NCBI GenBank assembly: GCA_051294905.1
Contig: CM119375.1
Span: 18,724,001 to 18,788,000 of the forward strand
Direction: 5' to 3'
Source of the DNA: Botryllus schlosseri
Taxonomy: Eukaryota
Length of the DNA stretch: 64,000 nucleotides
Under the pieces are notes generated by a model. That model saw nothing but the letters and a program-made list of their open reading frames with translations. It was not told where the DNA came from and searched no databases. This document shows positions 1-11,222 of the stretch, in pieces; position 1 is the first letter of the stretch; the number at the start of each line of letters is the position of its first letter. Position numbers and translations under genes: made by a program.

Positions 1-2
1 AC

Positions 3-388
3 GAAGAATTTTTGTTCTTTTTGAAGCTTTTTTGTGACATCTTCATGCACGTCGATACACTGTACAGCACTTTTCAGTCGCGTATGGCCGATGGTACTAC
101 TGCGCAATTGTGTATTGCACATTTTTGTGAGGCAATTTCGCATATCCTGGCGAATGTACACTTCGCTGGTGACACAGCGCTTTTACGTCGTGGGATAAGT
201 GTGCAAAACCTGCTTGTTGCGGCTTACGAATGTTGCGATATACTGATGTCCCAAATCCAACATCGTCTGAATAGTGACCAGTTGGTTACTTTCGCCCTGT
301 TAAATCCGAGAAATTTCCCTGCCTACAAAATTCATTTTCCTTCTGGACTACTGCGCATCGTGCCTCGTTATTACCCGATGATCGACAT
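3..388 (+). pseudogene. hAT transposase (ZMYM1-like), 5' fragment; runs off the window start and is cut by the insertion at 389
   Basis: Open frame EEFLFFLKLFCDIF...LNPRNFPAYKIHFP...RYYPMID resembles the C-terminal half of ZMYM1-like hAT transposases. It joins in frame to 3820-4189 once 389-3819 is removed. Confidence 0.8.
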
Positions 389-3300
389 TAGGGTTGTTCA
401 AAATTTGGAAAATGTTTGGAATTCTGCGTGTCCATCGCTTATTCTGTAGATTATTGTTAAAAAACAATAATGGGCTTGAAAGAAGCTCGCAGGAGAGCCG
501 CTAACATTTGTCTAAATGCGTTTGAAAGTAGCCGTCGGCGAGTGGGCGGGGAATCGATGAAGTGGGCGGGCAAAGAGAAGCCATTAATCCTGATTGGTTG
601 AAGCCGGTAATAATAAGCTAATGATTGGCTGAAAGACCGACTTTGTGAACACTGCTGGTAACGATTTTTGCGTGCTGTTGTGCAGTCGTTTCTGTTGGTG
701 GCATTACAGACATGATATATTGCCTTTGTTAATGTTGTCACCAAGAGTCCATAGTACAACATCGCAACCGCCTAAGTTAATATCTATGTATTGCACAGGT
801 GCTCTCGCTAGTTGAGATACGAATAAACTAGATGCATGCATATTGCTACCTTTCCAAAAGTTACTGACAGTGAGTGAAACTCAAAAATTTACCACCAGGA
901 GTCAACATCTCAGTAGTACTTGTTATGACTGGTCGACGTCTCACCCATAAACAAACGCATATTACACTTTTTATTCACAATTGAATGAAGGCGAAAAGCA
1001 CTATTTACAAAAGACATTAAAAAAGTACGTTGCAGATCAGTGTTGCATTGTCAGGCACAAGTTGCAGATTACAGGCTTTTGATTAGAGTTGACTTCCTGC
1101 TGTCTCCAACTGTCTTCCTATGCTGTTCCACAGCTTGAAGCAGACTGTCTCTTTGTTGTTCATTGTCATTCAAGATTGCAGCATAGTCTGTGCTTAGCTT
1201 TACACCTCGTTCTGCGGCATCATTAACGACTTTGACAGAACTGATGTAGGAGCTCATTCTGGTGTAGGAATCTGATAAGTGCCAAACATCAACCGGTTGA
1301 GCTAGCCACGCCCCAGAGCATTCAAAAACATCAAATATGTACCACGACTGTGGCCCAATAAAATCAGACAAAGTAGTGTCCTTGTTGATGCGTACAGTTG
1401 CATTCAACGAGGGCGGGCCTCTCCTGAAACTTGAAGTTCGCTCTACCTGTAGGAGCGTCTTTGCCATATTTTCTCGGGTTTCATTGCTTTCACTCGGCGA
1501 AAACAAGGCATATACAGCGGTTTCCTCCACGATATACCAGTCATGCTTTAAAGGCTTTTGTGAAGCAGCTTTGGAAACTTGTTCATCATGTTCCTTGTAA
1601 CTCAACATGTCCTGGATGAATCTCAAGTCATTACCGGCTGCATCACGACCGATGCTGGAAGCAACCCAGGCAGGGATATAGAAGAGAACTAAAAATAAAT
1701 TGAAGCGATGCAGCAGTTCCACTTCTTCAGATTTGTAATGTAACTGATCAGCCCACATGAACATCTTCTGAGCATACAGAATTGTGCCCATCCACCTTGC
1801 ATGGTGTGTTGCACCAGGTTTGTGATGATGTATATCTCCATCTGCACCGAGAAGAGCAAGAGCATTAGTCACACATTGTTTAGTGTCATCCCGTGTGAAG
1901 AAATCTTTTCTGGCGAGTAGTAGCTTGAAGTTCTCAAATGCCATTGCTGCTCGTTCTTTAAAGCATATAGGAATAGTCAGAGTCTTGAATTGCTGTTTTC
2001 TGTCAAGACTGCTCCAGCTCTTCTTAAGGTGGGCAAACCATGTGTTCTCTGGTCCGGTTGTTGCTTTTCCAAATAAACATTTCCAGACGTCTTTGACTAC
2101 TAGCTCATACACATGGTGCCGACACGCATGGTAAAAAACCTTTTTTCCTAGAAGGTCCTCAAGGATCTTCGCTGCACCCTTCTTCCAGCCGCTGTTGCTT
2201 GCTGTGGTGTCAAAAACCAAAGCTGTTACAGCATCTTGTATATCCCACTTTTTAATTATGTCGAAAGTAGTTTCAGCTTGTGTCTGACCTGCCGCATTTT
2301 GTATCTTCTTAATTCCAAGTAGTTTTCCTTCCGAGTATTGAGGTTGACAAGATAGAACAATTGACAAAGCTTCATATCGATTTCCTAATCTATCCTCTGT
2401 GAGCTTTCCATCCCAATGAATGGCAACATGCTGTGGTCTATTTTCGGCAAATTTTTCCAAAATGTCCTGAGATATTTCCAGGCGATTTGTTTCCCTGGCT
2501 CTCTTCGTTGAAGATCTTGACAGGGAGAACATGGCTATATCTCCTCCACAAGCCTTAATAAATGCTCCCATCAGCATCGTTGCATCGTTGTCAGTTACTT
2601 GCAATCGATCCAGAGCTTGGGAAACATGCGTCTTTTTCATAATATTTTTAGGTGCCATCAGTTTAATGGATTGGGTCGAGGTGCCAAGTCCAACATCAGC
2701 ATCATAGTCAGAACTTGAACTCAAACTGTCACCCTCTTTTGAAGATGACGATGATGCTAAAACAACATAGTCACAACTTGAGTCGTGTGAAACGTTTTCA
2801 ACAGTTTGATCTGCAATGGCTGCTGTTTTCTTTTTGAGGTCTTTACCAGAATTTTGTCTCTTCCCAACATTATTGACTGGCGATATTGCCGTTGATCTTC
2901 ATAAAATGCAATGTCTTCAAGCTTTCTTTCATGTGATAGATAAATGTCATTTTTTATTGTTGTTATGGCATCTCTACTTCCAATATCCCACAGCTTGTCC
3001 AAATCATCAGTGAATTTTCTCCTCTTACCCTTGGGATCACTTTTCTGTTTCGGATTCTTCTTCAGATCACGCCATCTTTCGTGCAGGTTTTGAAGTGATC
3101 GCACCACATGTGATTTCTGCATTGTCGCAATTCTCGCCATTTTCCACACTGTCATTACATCATCCACAACCACAGTACATAGTTCATGAGTAGGGGTTGA
3201 CTGAGGACAATGCTCTTTCAGATGCAGCAACTAACTCATTACTTCTCGTATAGTAGGTAATCTCGAGCCAAAGATGTAATCGCAAGTATATCCGACCAAG

Positions 3301-3811
3301 TACTGCTCAGATTTGGATCTTGTTCTTCGCTGCGGCATGTGTGCAATCTTTCGCCGTTTTGCCTCTGCCATGACTGCACTATTGTTGCTCCAAAGCATAA
3401 ACTACTGCTATCGACTGTGAAGCATTCAAAGAACACGTGTTACAGTACTACTAATGACTCATCAACACACAACACGCATGTACAGAACCACAACCGCTAC
3501 TAACAGACTCTACCTCAGCAAAACAGACTTTCAATTTAGTAAAGCGAAGCTCCCGAATCCGAGTCAGCTGTTGCAGTAATCAGTGAAGCTTAGCCGATTA
3601 CCCAATCAAGAACCGTGGTTTCGTGATTGCCCGCCTCTGCTGTCGGTTGCCCGCCCACTCTTCAACAACGACTTTCAAACGCATTTAGACAAATGTTAGC
3701 GGCTTTCCTGGGAGCTTCTTTCAAGCCCATTATTGTTTTTTAACAATAATCTAAAGAATAAGCGATGGACACGCAGAATTCCAAACATTTTCCAAATTTT
3801 GAACAACCCTA
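389..3811 (-). mobile_element. DNA transposon (hATm-like transposase) with ~141-bp TIRs and 8-bp TSD ATCGACAT
   Basis: TIRs 389-529 and 3671-3811 start TAGGGTTGTTC, with 3 mismatches by my count. ATCGACAT is present at both 381-388 and 3812-3819. Confidence 0.92.
1069..3338 (-). pseudogene. Disrupted DDE transposase of the inserted element
   Basis: ATG at 3338 (MPQRRTRSKSEQYLVGY...RLPTIREVMS), in-frame TAG at 3233-3231, continuation 3230-~2830, frame change near 2820-2850, then the 551-aa ORF. That ORF has IHWDGKL, FDTTASNSG, ACRHH (CxxH) and VVNDAAERGVKL motifs. Confidence 0.85.
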
Positions 3812-3819
3812 ATCGACAT

Positions 3820-4189
3820 TGCTCGGTTGGAGAGCGAGTTGACTTGTTTGTATTCTAACACATCCTTTTCGGAAATTAAAACCACTAGTGAACTTTCAAA
3901 ATTCCTAGTTGAAAATTCGCTTTCGATCAACTTTGCTACAGTAACTAGCTTTCTGAATATCATTTTGACCACCCCGATTTCATCCGCGGAATCCGAGCGC
4001 AGTTTCAGCACATTGAAACGTATCAAGACCTTTCTCAGAAACAGGATGGGCCAAGATAGGCTTAATGCGTTGGCTGTTCTCTCGATTCACAACGACGTGG
4101 TTCTGGGAATTCCAGATTTCAATAAACTCGTTATTGAACATTTTGCTAATAAGAAATCACGTCGCGCACAATATTTATACAAGACATAA
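3820..4189 (+). pseudogene. hAT transposase 3' fragment with C-terminal dimerization domain
   Basis: ILTTPISSAESERSFSTLKRIKTFLRNRMGQDRLNALAVLSI is a typical hAT dimerization-domain motif. Stop at 4187-4189. Confidence 0.9.
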
Positions 4190-4789
4190 ATTAATGCTGG
4201 TGGGCGGACGACTGTACACATCATGTTCTTTCCGAATAATTTCAATCAAGTGAGCCCAGGTAACTCAACCATGTCTATGGCTAAGGAAAAGTGAGTGGTT
4301 TTCATCCTTATTACTCGAGGCACACTGACAGTTAATTTACCGATATATTTTGTTATGGCTATGGAAAAAAAGTGAAAAATTCATCAAGATGAAATAATTT
4401 ATTCATGAAATTGTTTAATGCGATATGTGCTCGCATTTCAATTTAACACAATGCTTTGATTCCTGCTTGAATGATGGCAGGCAGACTCGTAATTAATCTT
4501 CCATGGATAACAGCTGGCTTTTTATAATGTTTTACGTTTATGGGTGCCACCGCTTTGATTGCCTATCCCCTGGTCGTAACGCATCAGGATCGTGTACCAA
4601 ACACTTTCGGACGAGGGCAAATCGATTTGACTCGCTTTCGGGACGAGAATCCATATACAAATCGGGTCGGAGGCGCTGCAGCACTTTACAGAATTGCTGA
4701 GCATGGAACGATTAAAACACCACAAGGTGTCATGCGAATGCTCTTTGTAGGTAGTTGGTCTGTGTATTTTTGGTATAGTTGTCGTAAAC

Positions 4790-7700
4790 TGACTATTGCG
4801 TTGAATAATTAACTGAAGCTTTATTAAAGCAAAGGTAACCAATGTGGCTTTAAGCAACATAGAACACAACTGACAGCAGAACAGAAGAGAATAGAATGAC
4901 ACGGTAACGATAAGGCGACACTGTACTGTACAACGTAACTAATCAGATGAAAGTAATTATTGCCTAATTGCGGATCACCACATTCTACCCCCCTTTCATT
5001 TTGTAAATTCACATAGAAGAATGACACAAAAACATCAATGACTAACAAAATTACCATACCGATCCGGCTGGCGCCTAACTCTAGTTGAACGCCGAAGCTC
5101 GTCGTCTAGATTTCTACTCGAATCATCTGGTGCATCCTCTGAATGGTTAGATTCTTGAGGCTCTTCATTAGATGACTTCAACTCAACGTTAGAAACTTCG
5201 CGACTTGGCTCGTGGCCATCGATATCAACAGAACAAGGTTCAGCTTGTTTCGTTTCAGGATTAGTCGATGGTGTTTCTTCTCCAGTAGGAAAACGGGCCA
5301 AATCGTTGAGTGAGACGTTTGACTCGCGGCCGTTAGGAAAACGAACACGTGCGTAAGTCGGGTTGGCTTCAAGAAGTTCGACCTCAGAACATAGTTCGTC
5401 GCCCTTGTTTCTGACGAATTTGCGTAAGAAAACTGGCCCCGGTGTCAATAGCCATGATGTCACGCTATTCCCCACCATACTTTTTCTTGGAAAGGAAAAA
5501 AATCGGTCATGCGGTGTTGAATTGGTTGACGTGCAAAGTAGCGATCGAACTGAATGTAGCGCATGAGGAAGGGCGTCAGCCCAACATGATTCTGAGACTC
5601 CGGTTGATTTCAAAATGAGTTTGATAGTTCGCCATAATGTTTGATTAAGGCGTTCGCACTGCGAATTTCCTGTTGGGTGGTAAGGCGTAGTGAAGCTAGT
5701 TGCAACCCCGCGAGAATGTAAATAATCCTTGACTTCCTTGGACACGAAAGCGGTGCCTCGGTCACTGTGAACGTATCCCGGAAGTCCAAAAACAGCGAAT
5801 AGTGTCGACAAACACGAAACGACGGTTAGCGCGGAAGTATTGCGACATGGAAAGGCGAACGGAAAACGACTATATTCGTCAATGACAACGAACATGAAAG
5901 GGGATTTGTTAGATTTCAAAGGCCCGTTGAAGTCTACGTTGATTCTTTCCCAAGGTTTCGTTGCTTTCACAAGCACTTGCGGATTGCATTTGTAAAAATT
6001 TGGTTTGATCTGAGCACAAATGCGGCAACGAGCGCAGGTCTCACGGACGTCATTTCGGGAGAACGAGAGATTTTTCGAACGAACGAAATGATGCAGCCTT
6101 GTGACTCCTGGATGACCCAGAGTGTCGTGTATGCGATTTAGATTAGAACCCAACTCACAGGGTGAAATCGATGCGCAATACGAAGATGTGGTCCGCGAAA
6201 ACATATCAGCCGCAACATTCAGTGCCCCCGGTTTGTGTACGATATCATACGAAAATTGACCAAGTTCGATACGCCACAGCTGGATTTTGGTATTTTTGAT
6301 TTTACCTTTAGATTTGCCGTCAAACATGAACGCGACAGATCTTTGGTCAGTAACAAGAGTGAAATGTCTACCATGTAAAAAATGAGCCCATTTACGAACT
6401 GCCGCGATAATTGAGGACGCTTCTTTCTCAACAGAGGAGTAGCGTATTTCACTTGGCGATAGTGCTTTTGACATGAACGCGACCGGTCGACCGTTTTGAC
6501 TGAGGATAGCTGCAATGGCTGCATTGGAAGCATCACACTCTATTGTGAACGGACTTGTCTCGTCAATCCTACCAAGAGACGCGTCAACTAACTCGCGTTT
6601 TAAATCGTTAAATGCGATAGATGCATTTTCGGAAAGCGGAAATTTTTCGACTGAATACAAAGGACGGATTTTGTCGGAAAAGTTGGGCAACCATTTGGCA
6701 TAGTAGGCAAACATACCACACACTCGTTTTAGTTCTGGGTTGTTGCGTGGCGGCAATAAATCGATTAACGGCTTTAGTCTTTCTGGGTCCGGTTTGATCA
6801 CGCCATGCGACACGCGATAACCGAGCAAGTCTATTTCCGTAGAACGGATGATCGACTTCGAATGATTGAAAGTGAGGCTGAATCGCTGAGCGGCATTGAG
6901 AAACGCGTCGAGATTTCGATCGTGGTCGTCCTTATCCATACCGCAAACAGTAATATTATCGAGATAAGCGAATGTGCCGGTGAGCTTGTTGTCTTTTATG
7001 ACGTTGTCTATTATTCTTTGAAATGCCGAAACTCCGTTGGTGACTCCAAATGGCAATCGACGGTATTGGTAAAGATTTCCAGCGGCTTCGAATGCCGTAT
7101 ACGGACGATCATCAGGTGATAGTGCCACTTGATAATACGCGGACTTCAGATCTAACGTACTGAAAACTTTGAAACGGGCGATGTTGTTGACTTGGTCATC
7201 GATCCTTGGTAAAGGATAGGCGTCTAGTAAGGTATACCTGTTGACCGTCTGAGAGAAGTCGATGACCATGCGCTTCTTGTGTCGACCGTCATTTACAACA
7301 AGAACCTGTGCTCGCCAAGGCGATGAGGACGGCTCGATGATTCCTTCCTTCTCGAGTTTCGCAACTTCCGCTTTAATGAAATGTAGATCGGCTTCGCTGT
7401 ATCTTCTGGATTTAGTGGCAATCGGTTTACAATTCGGTGTCATAAACTTAAAAATTTGCGGTGCTTCGACACACGCTTGAGCAACTCCGCATACACTGTA
7501 CTTCTGATCTCGAGGGAGTTCCAAGGTATCTTTATCTCCGTCCATATTGAAAATGACCCGTTTATGCAAGTTCATGAAATCGAGACCAAGCACCACATCA
7601 GCGCATAAATCTTCCATCCCTTTAAGAGGGAATTCCGTATATTTCGTTTCGTTTACAAGAATGTCCGGTCTGTAGAGTTCTTCAATCTTGCGGGAATGGG

Positions 7701-8755
7701 ATTTAGAAGCAAATGTAACCGTAGAAGAGTACGGAGTGGATTTCAGGTCAATTTCGTTGGCGTATCCAGTGCTTATGAAGCTTTCCGCGGAACCGGAGTC
7801 GATTAAAGCAAAAGTAATGTGGCAGCCGATCTTAACCACGATTCTTGCTTTTATGAGACATTTGGGTACTCCGATGGCGCTGAAGTATGAGATCATTGCA
7901 GTTACTGTTTTCCTGTTGTCGGTGGCCTTTCTCATGCAAACCACTTCATAATGACCTAGGACTCCACAATAGCCACACTCGCTCCGTTTCGCTGGACATT
8001 TATATCGGGAGTGGAATGACTGACCGCAAAAAAAGCACTTCCGATCAGGTTTGATTGTTTTGCTCATTGCGTTGAGTCGACTGTGAGTTTCTGTGGATGA
8101 TAGTTCGACTTCGGGATTCAAAGATTTTTCCAGCGGTTCGACGCCGACAGATGAACATGGAGTGCTGCAATAGATAGTAGAGCTTCGCTGGGCGAATTCT
8201 AATGAGCGGGCTTTTGAGATCACCATTTCGAGGGTTACAGCCCCGTCACTTTCTAATAATCTCTGTCTGATAACGTTTGATCGGAGACCAGTAACGAAAG
8301 CGTCGCGGATGGACTCCTTGCGATGATCTTCCGCCGAGAGAGTCTTGAATGTGCAATCTTTCGCTAGATCTGCCAAGGCGCGGGAAAATTCCTCGATCGT
8401 CTCTTCGGGCTTCTGAATACGGGTTACTAGCATGTGGCGGACGAAGATTTCGTTCTTTTGCTTGATATAAATTTTGTCGAGAAGTTCTATTGCGGTATCG
8501 TAAGTCGAACTTTCTTCAAAATAGGAATAGACAGACGACGACACGAAATTTGTTAAGATCTTCAACTTGTCGATCTGTGTATCTTGATCAAATGATGAAA
8601 GAAAATTATCGAAGGTCTTCTTCCAATGCTTATACTGTTTTTCAGCAGAGGCGGATTCCGGACTGATATCGAGCTTGTCTGGTTTCAGAATCCTTTGTGC
8701 CATAATTCTATGTTGCACACAATAGTCTTACTCGGCGCTTGCGTAATCTCTACCA
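4790..8755 (-). mobile_element. Ty3/Gypsy LTR retrotransposon, 5' LTR not found
   Basis: Polypurine tract AAAGGGGGGTAGAA (minus 4996-4983) is immediately followed by TGTGGTGA, the likely 3' LTR start at 4982. AATAAA on minus near 4820-4825. PBS-like TGGTAGAG starts at 8755. The LTR far end (~4790) is approximate. Confidence 0.75.
5035..8703 (-). CDS. Ty3/Gypsy single-ORF gag-pol polyprotein (~1222 aa from ATG 8703; ORF track starts at 8718)
   Basis: Domains in order: gag with Cys/His knuckles (CFFCGQSFH, CGYCGVLGHYEVVC), protease (LIDSGS), RT (LDLKSAYYQ, LPFGV, YLDN), RNase H (ECDAS, YSSVEKE, VTDQ), integrase (H..GH..C..C, VDFNGP, HSDRG, NSQCER). The PR-RT-RH-IN order is Gypsy-type. Confidence 0.95.
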   Translation of the reverse strand: MAQRILKPDKLDISPESASAEKQYKHWKKTFDNFLSSFDQDTQIDKLKILTNFVSSSVYSYFEESSTYDTAIELLDKIYIKQKNEIFVRHMLVTRIQKPEETIEEFSRALADLAKDCTFKTLSAEDHRKESIRDAFVTGLRSNVIRQRLLESDGAVTLEMVISKARSLEFAQRSSTIYCSTPCSSVGVEPLEKSLNPEVELSSTETHSRLNAMSKTIKPDRKCFFCGQSFHSRYKCPAKRSECGYCGVLGHYEVVCMRKATDNRKTVTAMISYFSAIGVPKCLIKARIVVKIGCHITFALIDSGSAESFISTGYANEIDLKSTPYSSTVTFASKSHSRKIEELYRPDILVNETKYTEFPLKGMEDLCADVVLGLDFMNLHKRVIFNMDGDKDTLELPRDQKYSVCGVAQACVEAPQIFKFMTPNCKPIATKSRRYSEADLHFIKAEVAKLEKEGIIEPSSSPWRAQVLVVNDGRHKKRMVIDFSQTVNRYTLLDAYPLPRIDDQVNNIARFKVFSTLDLKSAYYQVALSPDDRPYTAFEAAGNLYQYRRLPFGVTNGVSAFQRIIDNVIKDNKLTGTFAYLDNITVCGMDKDDHDRNLDAFLNAAQRFSLTFNHSKSIIRSTEIDLLGYRVSHGVIKPDPERLKPLIDLLPPRNNPELKRVCGMFAYYAKWLPNFSDKIRPLYSVEKFPLSENASIAFNDLKRELVDASLGRIDETSPFTIECDASNAAIAAILSQNGRPVAFMSKALSPSEIRYSSVEKEASSIIAAVRKWAHFLHGRHFTLVTDQRSVAFMFDGKSKGKIKNTKIQLWRIELGQFSYDIVHKPGALNVAADMFSRTTSSYCASISPCELGSNLNRIHDTLGHPGVTRLHHFVRSKNLSFSRNDVRETCARCRICAQIKPNFYKCNPQVLVKATKPWERINVDFNGPLKSNKSPFMFVVIDEYSRFPFAFPCRNTSALTVVSCLSTLFAVFGLPGYVHSDRGTAFVSKEVKDYLHSRGVATSFTTPYHPTGNSQCERLNQTLWRTIKLILKSTGVSESCWADALPHALHSVRSLLCTSTNSTPHDRFFSFPRKSMVGNSVTSWLLTPGPVFLRKFVRNKGDELCSEVELLEANPTYARVRFPNGRESNVSLNDLARFPTGEETPSTNPETKQAEPCSVDIDGHEPSREVSNVELKSSNEEPQESNHSEDAPDDSSRNLDDELRRSTRVRRQPDRYGNFVSH

Positions 8756-8879
8756 CGAAATCATAACGCATGCTACTAAGGATAACCTGATGATTGATTC
8801 GTGGCATGGGAACGATTCTTAGTTCGCGTACATTTTGTAAAATAATCATTTGAATAAAAAACAATGAATAAAACATTTG

Positions 8880-9060
8880 TTACCGCACTTCAAGTCACGC
8901 CACCGGCAAACCTCTCGCGGCACCTACGTTAAAAATCATTGTTTACGGGAAATTCATGTGGCCATCATGAACGTTGAAAAACGCTACTGTGACGTCATAT
9001 TGATAACAAGTCGCTTGCGGCCCTTGCCCCACCACCCGATATTGTCACGAGCCGCCACTG
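8880..9060 (-). repeat. End fragment of a hAT-like element (CAGTGGCGGCTCGTGAC terminus)
   Basis: The reverse complement matches 33833-34028, including CAGTGGCGGCTCGTGACAATATCGGGTGGTGGGGCAAGGG. Confidence 0.75.
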
Positions 9061-9451
9061 GTAATGGGTATACAGATACTGAAAATCTGCTAGTACTTCA
9101 CGGCTATCTGAGTGCAAATATCAAATATTGTTTACTACTTTGGCGTTGTCCTGGTCGTCGAGCTATCGTAACGGAACCCCCCACCATTTCAAGAAGACCG
9201 TGGACGGCATTCCGTCATGTCACCTGTATATAGGCAATGCGCCGTATCTAGAGTTTCTGGTGATTCTATCACATACATCTATATATTACTATTTGTAATT
9301 GAAGATATTTTCAAGTGTTTATATATGTAAGTTACATGTTGGTGTGTTTTAAACAAGAATAGCTGAATCAATCAATCTATATATTTAAAAGCTCAATGGT
9401 AATAATCTGACTAATATTGGTAAATGCTGCTATTCCACCTATTTTTAGAAT

Positions 9452-9522
9452 GGGCTCGCGGGCTACTCATCTAGTCCTCGCGGGCTACCTGGTGCCCGCG
9501 GGCACCGGGTTGGTGACCCCTG
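9452..9522 (-). repeat. Solo hAT-MITE terminus (CAGGGGTCACCAACC)
   Basis: Terminal motif, GCGGGCTAC subterminal repeats and the 16-bp palindrome GGTGCCCGCGGGCACC. No partner end found. Confidence 0.5.
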
Positions 9523-11222
9523 CCCTGTACCATATATAAGGTATATGAATTATGGGTATGTGTGTCAAAATTAAAATGCATTTTAAACACATCAAAACAG
9601 AGCCGCTGTCCAAAAGTAGGCTATGTTTTTATTAGGGGTCCAAGTATGGATGAAAATTACATTGATTGCCAAATTCGGTTTATTTGTATGCATGTGCATT
9701 GTGCATGGGCAGTGCATTGTGCACGACATGCAATTTTGAAAAGTTTTATTTGAATGGTATTTACATGGCGTACATGCTATAGGCCCAATGAGCTGCATTA
9801 AGCAGAAATTGCTTGACTTTCTCTCGTCCCGTGTCACAACAAGATTTGAAAGATTAACCATGTAATATTGTAATGTATATTCAAAATATCCCACGGTTAT
9901 AATTTTTCTTAGATCGAAGGTGCATCAGTAATTAGGTTAATTAATTTCGCGCTCTACTACTGCAAATCGATCGTTTCCAGAGTTTGAGCTATACAGCGCG
10001 AACTCAATCGAATGTGACCAGTCGTTTTATGACCGAAACAAAAACTCGCTAGTTCATCCGTATTCATGCGTCCTCAGCGTTGTAATTACTGCATATGACG
10101 TATATTAGTTTTAAAAATGTCACCTTAGAATCTTTGGCTTACTGATAGAACTTGCGTGATTGAAATGTCGAGCTCAAATATACCCACTCAAATATACAGG
10201 TCATGACCACGGTACAAGTCTTATGCATAATCTGGCCCTCCCGGCATAATCGTAGAGTTCCGTGCATAAGCGGTTAATGTTTCTCAAGACATTTCGGGTT
10301 CCCAATCGAGGTGCCGCGATACCCTGGGGTACCGCTTGGAACGCTAACTGCTCCACAGAGGCGCCGCCAGAAAATAAGATAAAAGGGTTTCCAGCAAAAT
10401 ATAACAAAAATTAATCAATTTGGTTATCCATGAATTATTGAAAAATTAAAGGGACATTGCGCTCTAAATATGATGTGGTCTCATTTTAGATTTGAAGGAG
10501 TGAAAGATATTTTAGCAGCAGTGATTTCGCTAAAAAAAAACACCGTATTGGAACTGCAGATATCGAAAATTTCACGAAAAGTAGGCTACCCTTTCAATCA
10601 ACGATCTCCTTGATGTCGAGGTGACACTGCATCGCTTCGTTAAGCCATTGTGAAATTTCTGGGGCGTTTTTTCTTCACTCTGGCAATTTCTCGACGCGAT
10701 CGAGACGGAGAATGATTTTAGATGACAAGCCATGGTGATACAGAAAACAACTAACTGGGATCGCAATTTTGCGGAGCGGATATATGTAGGCGAAAAATGG
10801 TAACTGAGCGCTGTGATGAAAGGTTCGAAAATCTCTATTCGTCTTTCGTCACAATATCTAAAAACCTATATAAATATATTTTAATTCGTCGGAAAGAAGA
10901 AAAATATGAAATACGTGGACGTGAACGTGCACAATTCAGCACGGCAGAATCGAAGTATAAATAAGCACAGTTACAATTAAAATCGCTGATACCGACACCA
11001 ACCAACCCATCGTAGACAGAAAGGTGATGTTAGACAACCACGTCACCGAATGTAGAATCCTGAAACATAAAATGTTTACGTATCAGACGAGATGCCATGC
11101 AGCACCTCAAAGTGAGAGGTGATTGTTTCACACTTAGATACTGGGTCGGTTTTACAACACATTCGTACGCGGATGGAGCCGTGATAATTACACAGAGCGG
11201 GTCAAAGTAGATAGCATCGCTA

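Larger units (their letters stand above)
1..4214 (+). mobile_element. Outer hAT DNA transposon (5' end outside window); right end tentatively at 4214
   Basis: Split transposase described above. GGGCGGACGACTG at 4202-4214 ends in CTG like a hAT right TIR. The left end is not visible, so the boundary is unconfirmed. Confidence 0.6.

Noticed and set aside
389-3811. Identical peptide tail IRVVQNLENVWNSACPSLIL in ORFs 12..449 and 3751..4026 as a gene duplication
   Set aside because: Both frames simply read into the two TIRs of the inserted transposon.
1337-7951. Plus-strand 60-104-aa ORFs overlapping the transposase and gag-pol
   Set aside because: Antisense shadow ORFs with no recognisable motifs.
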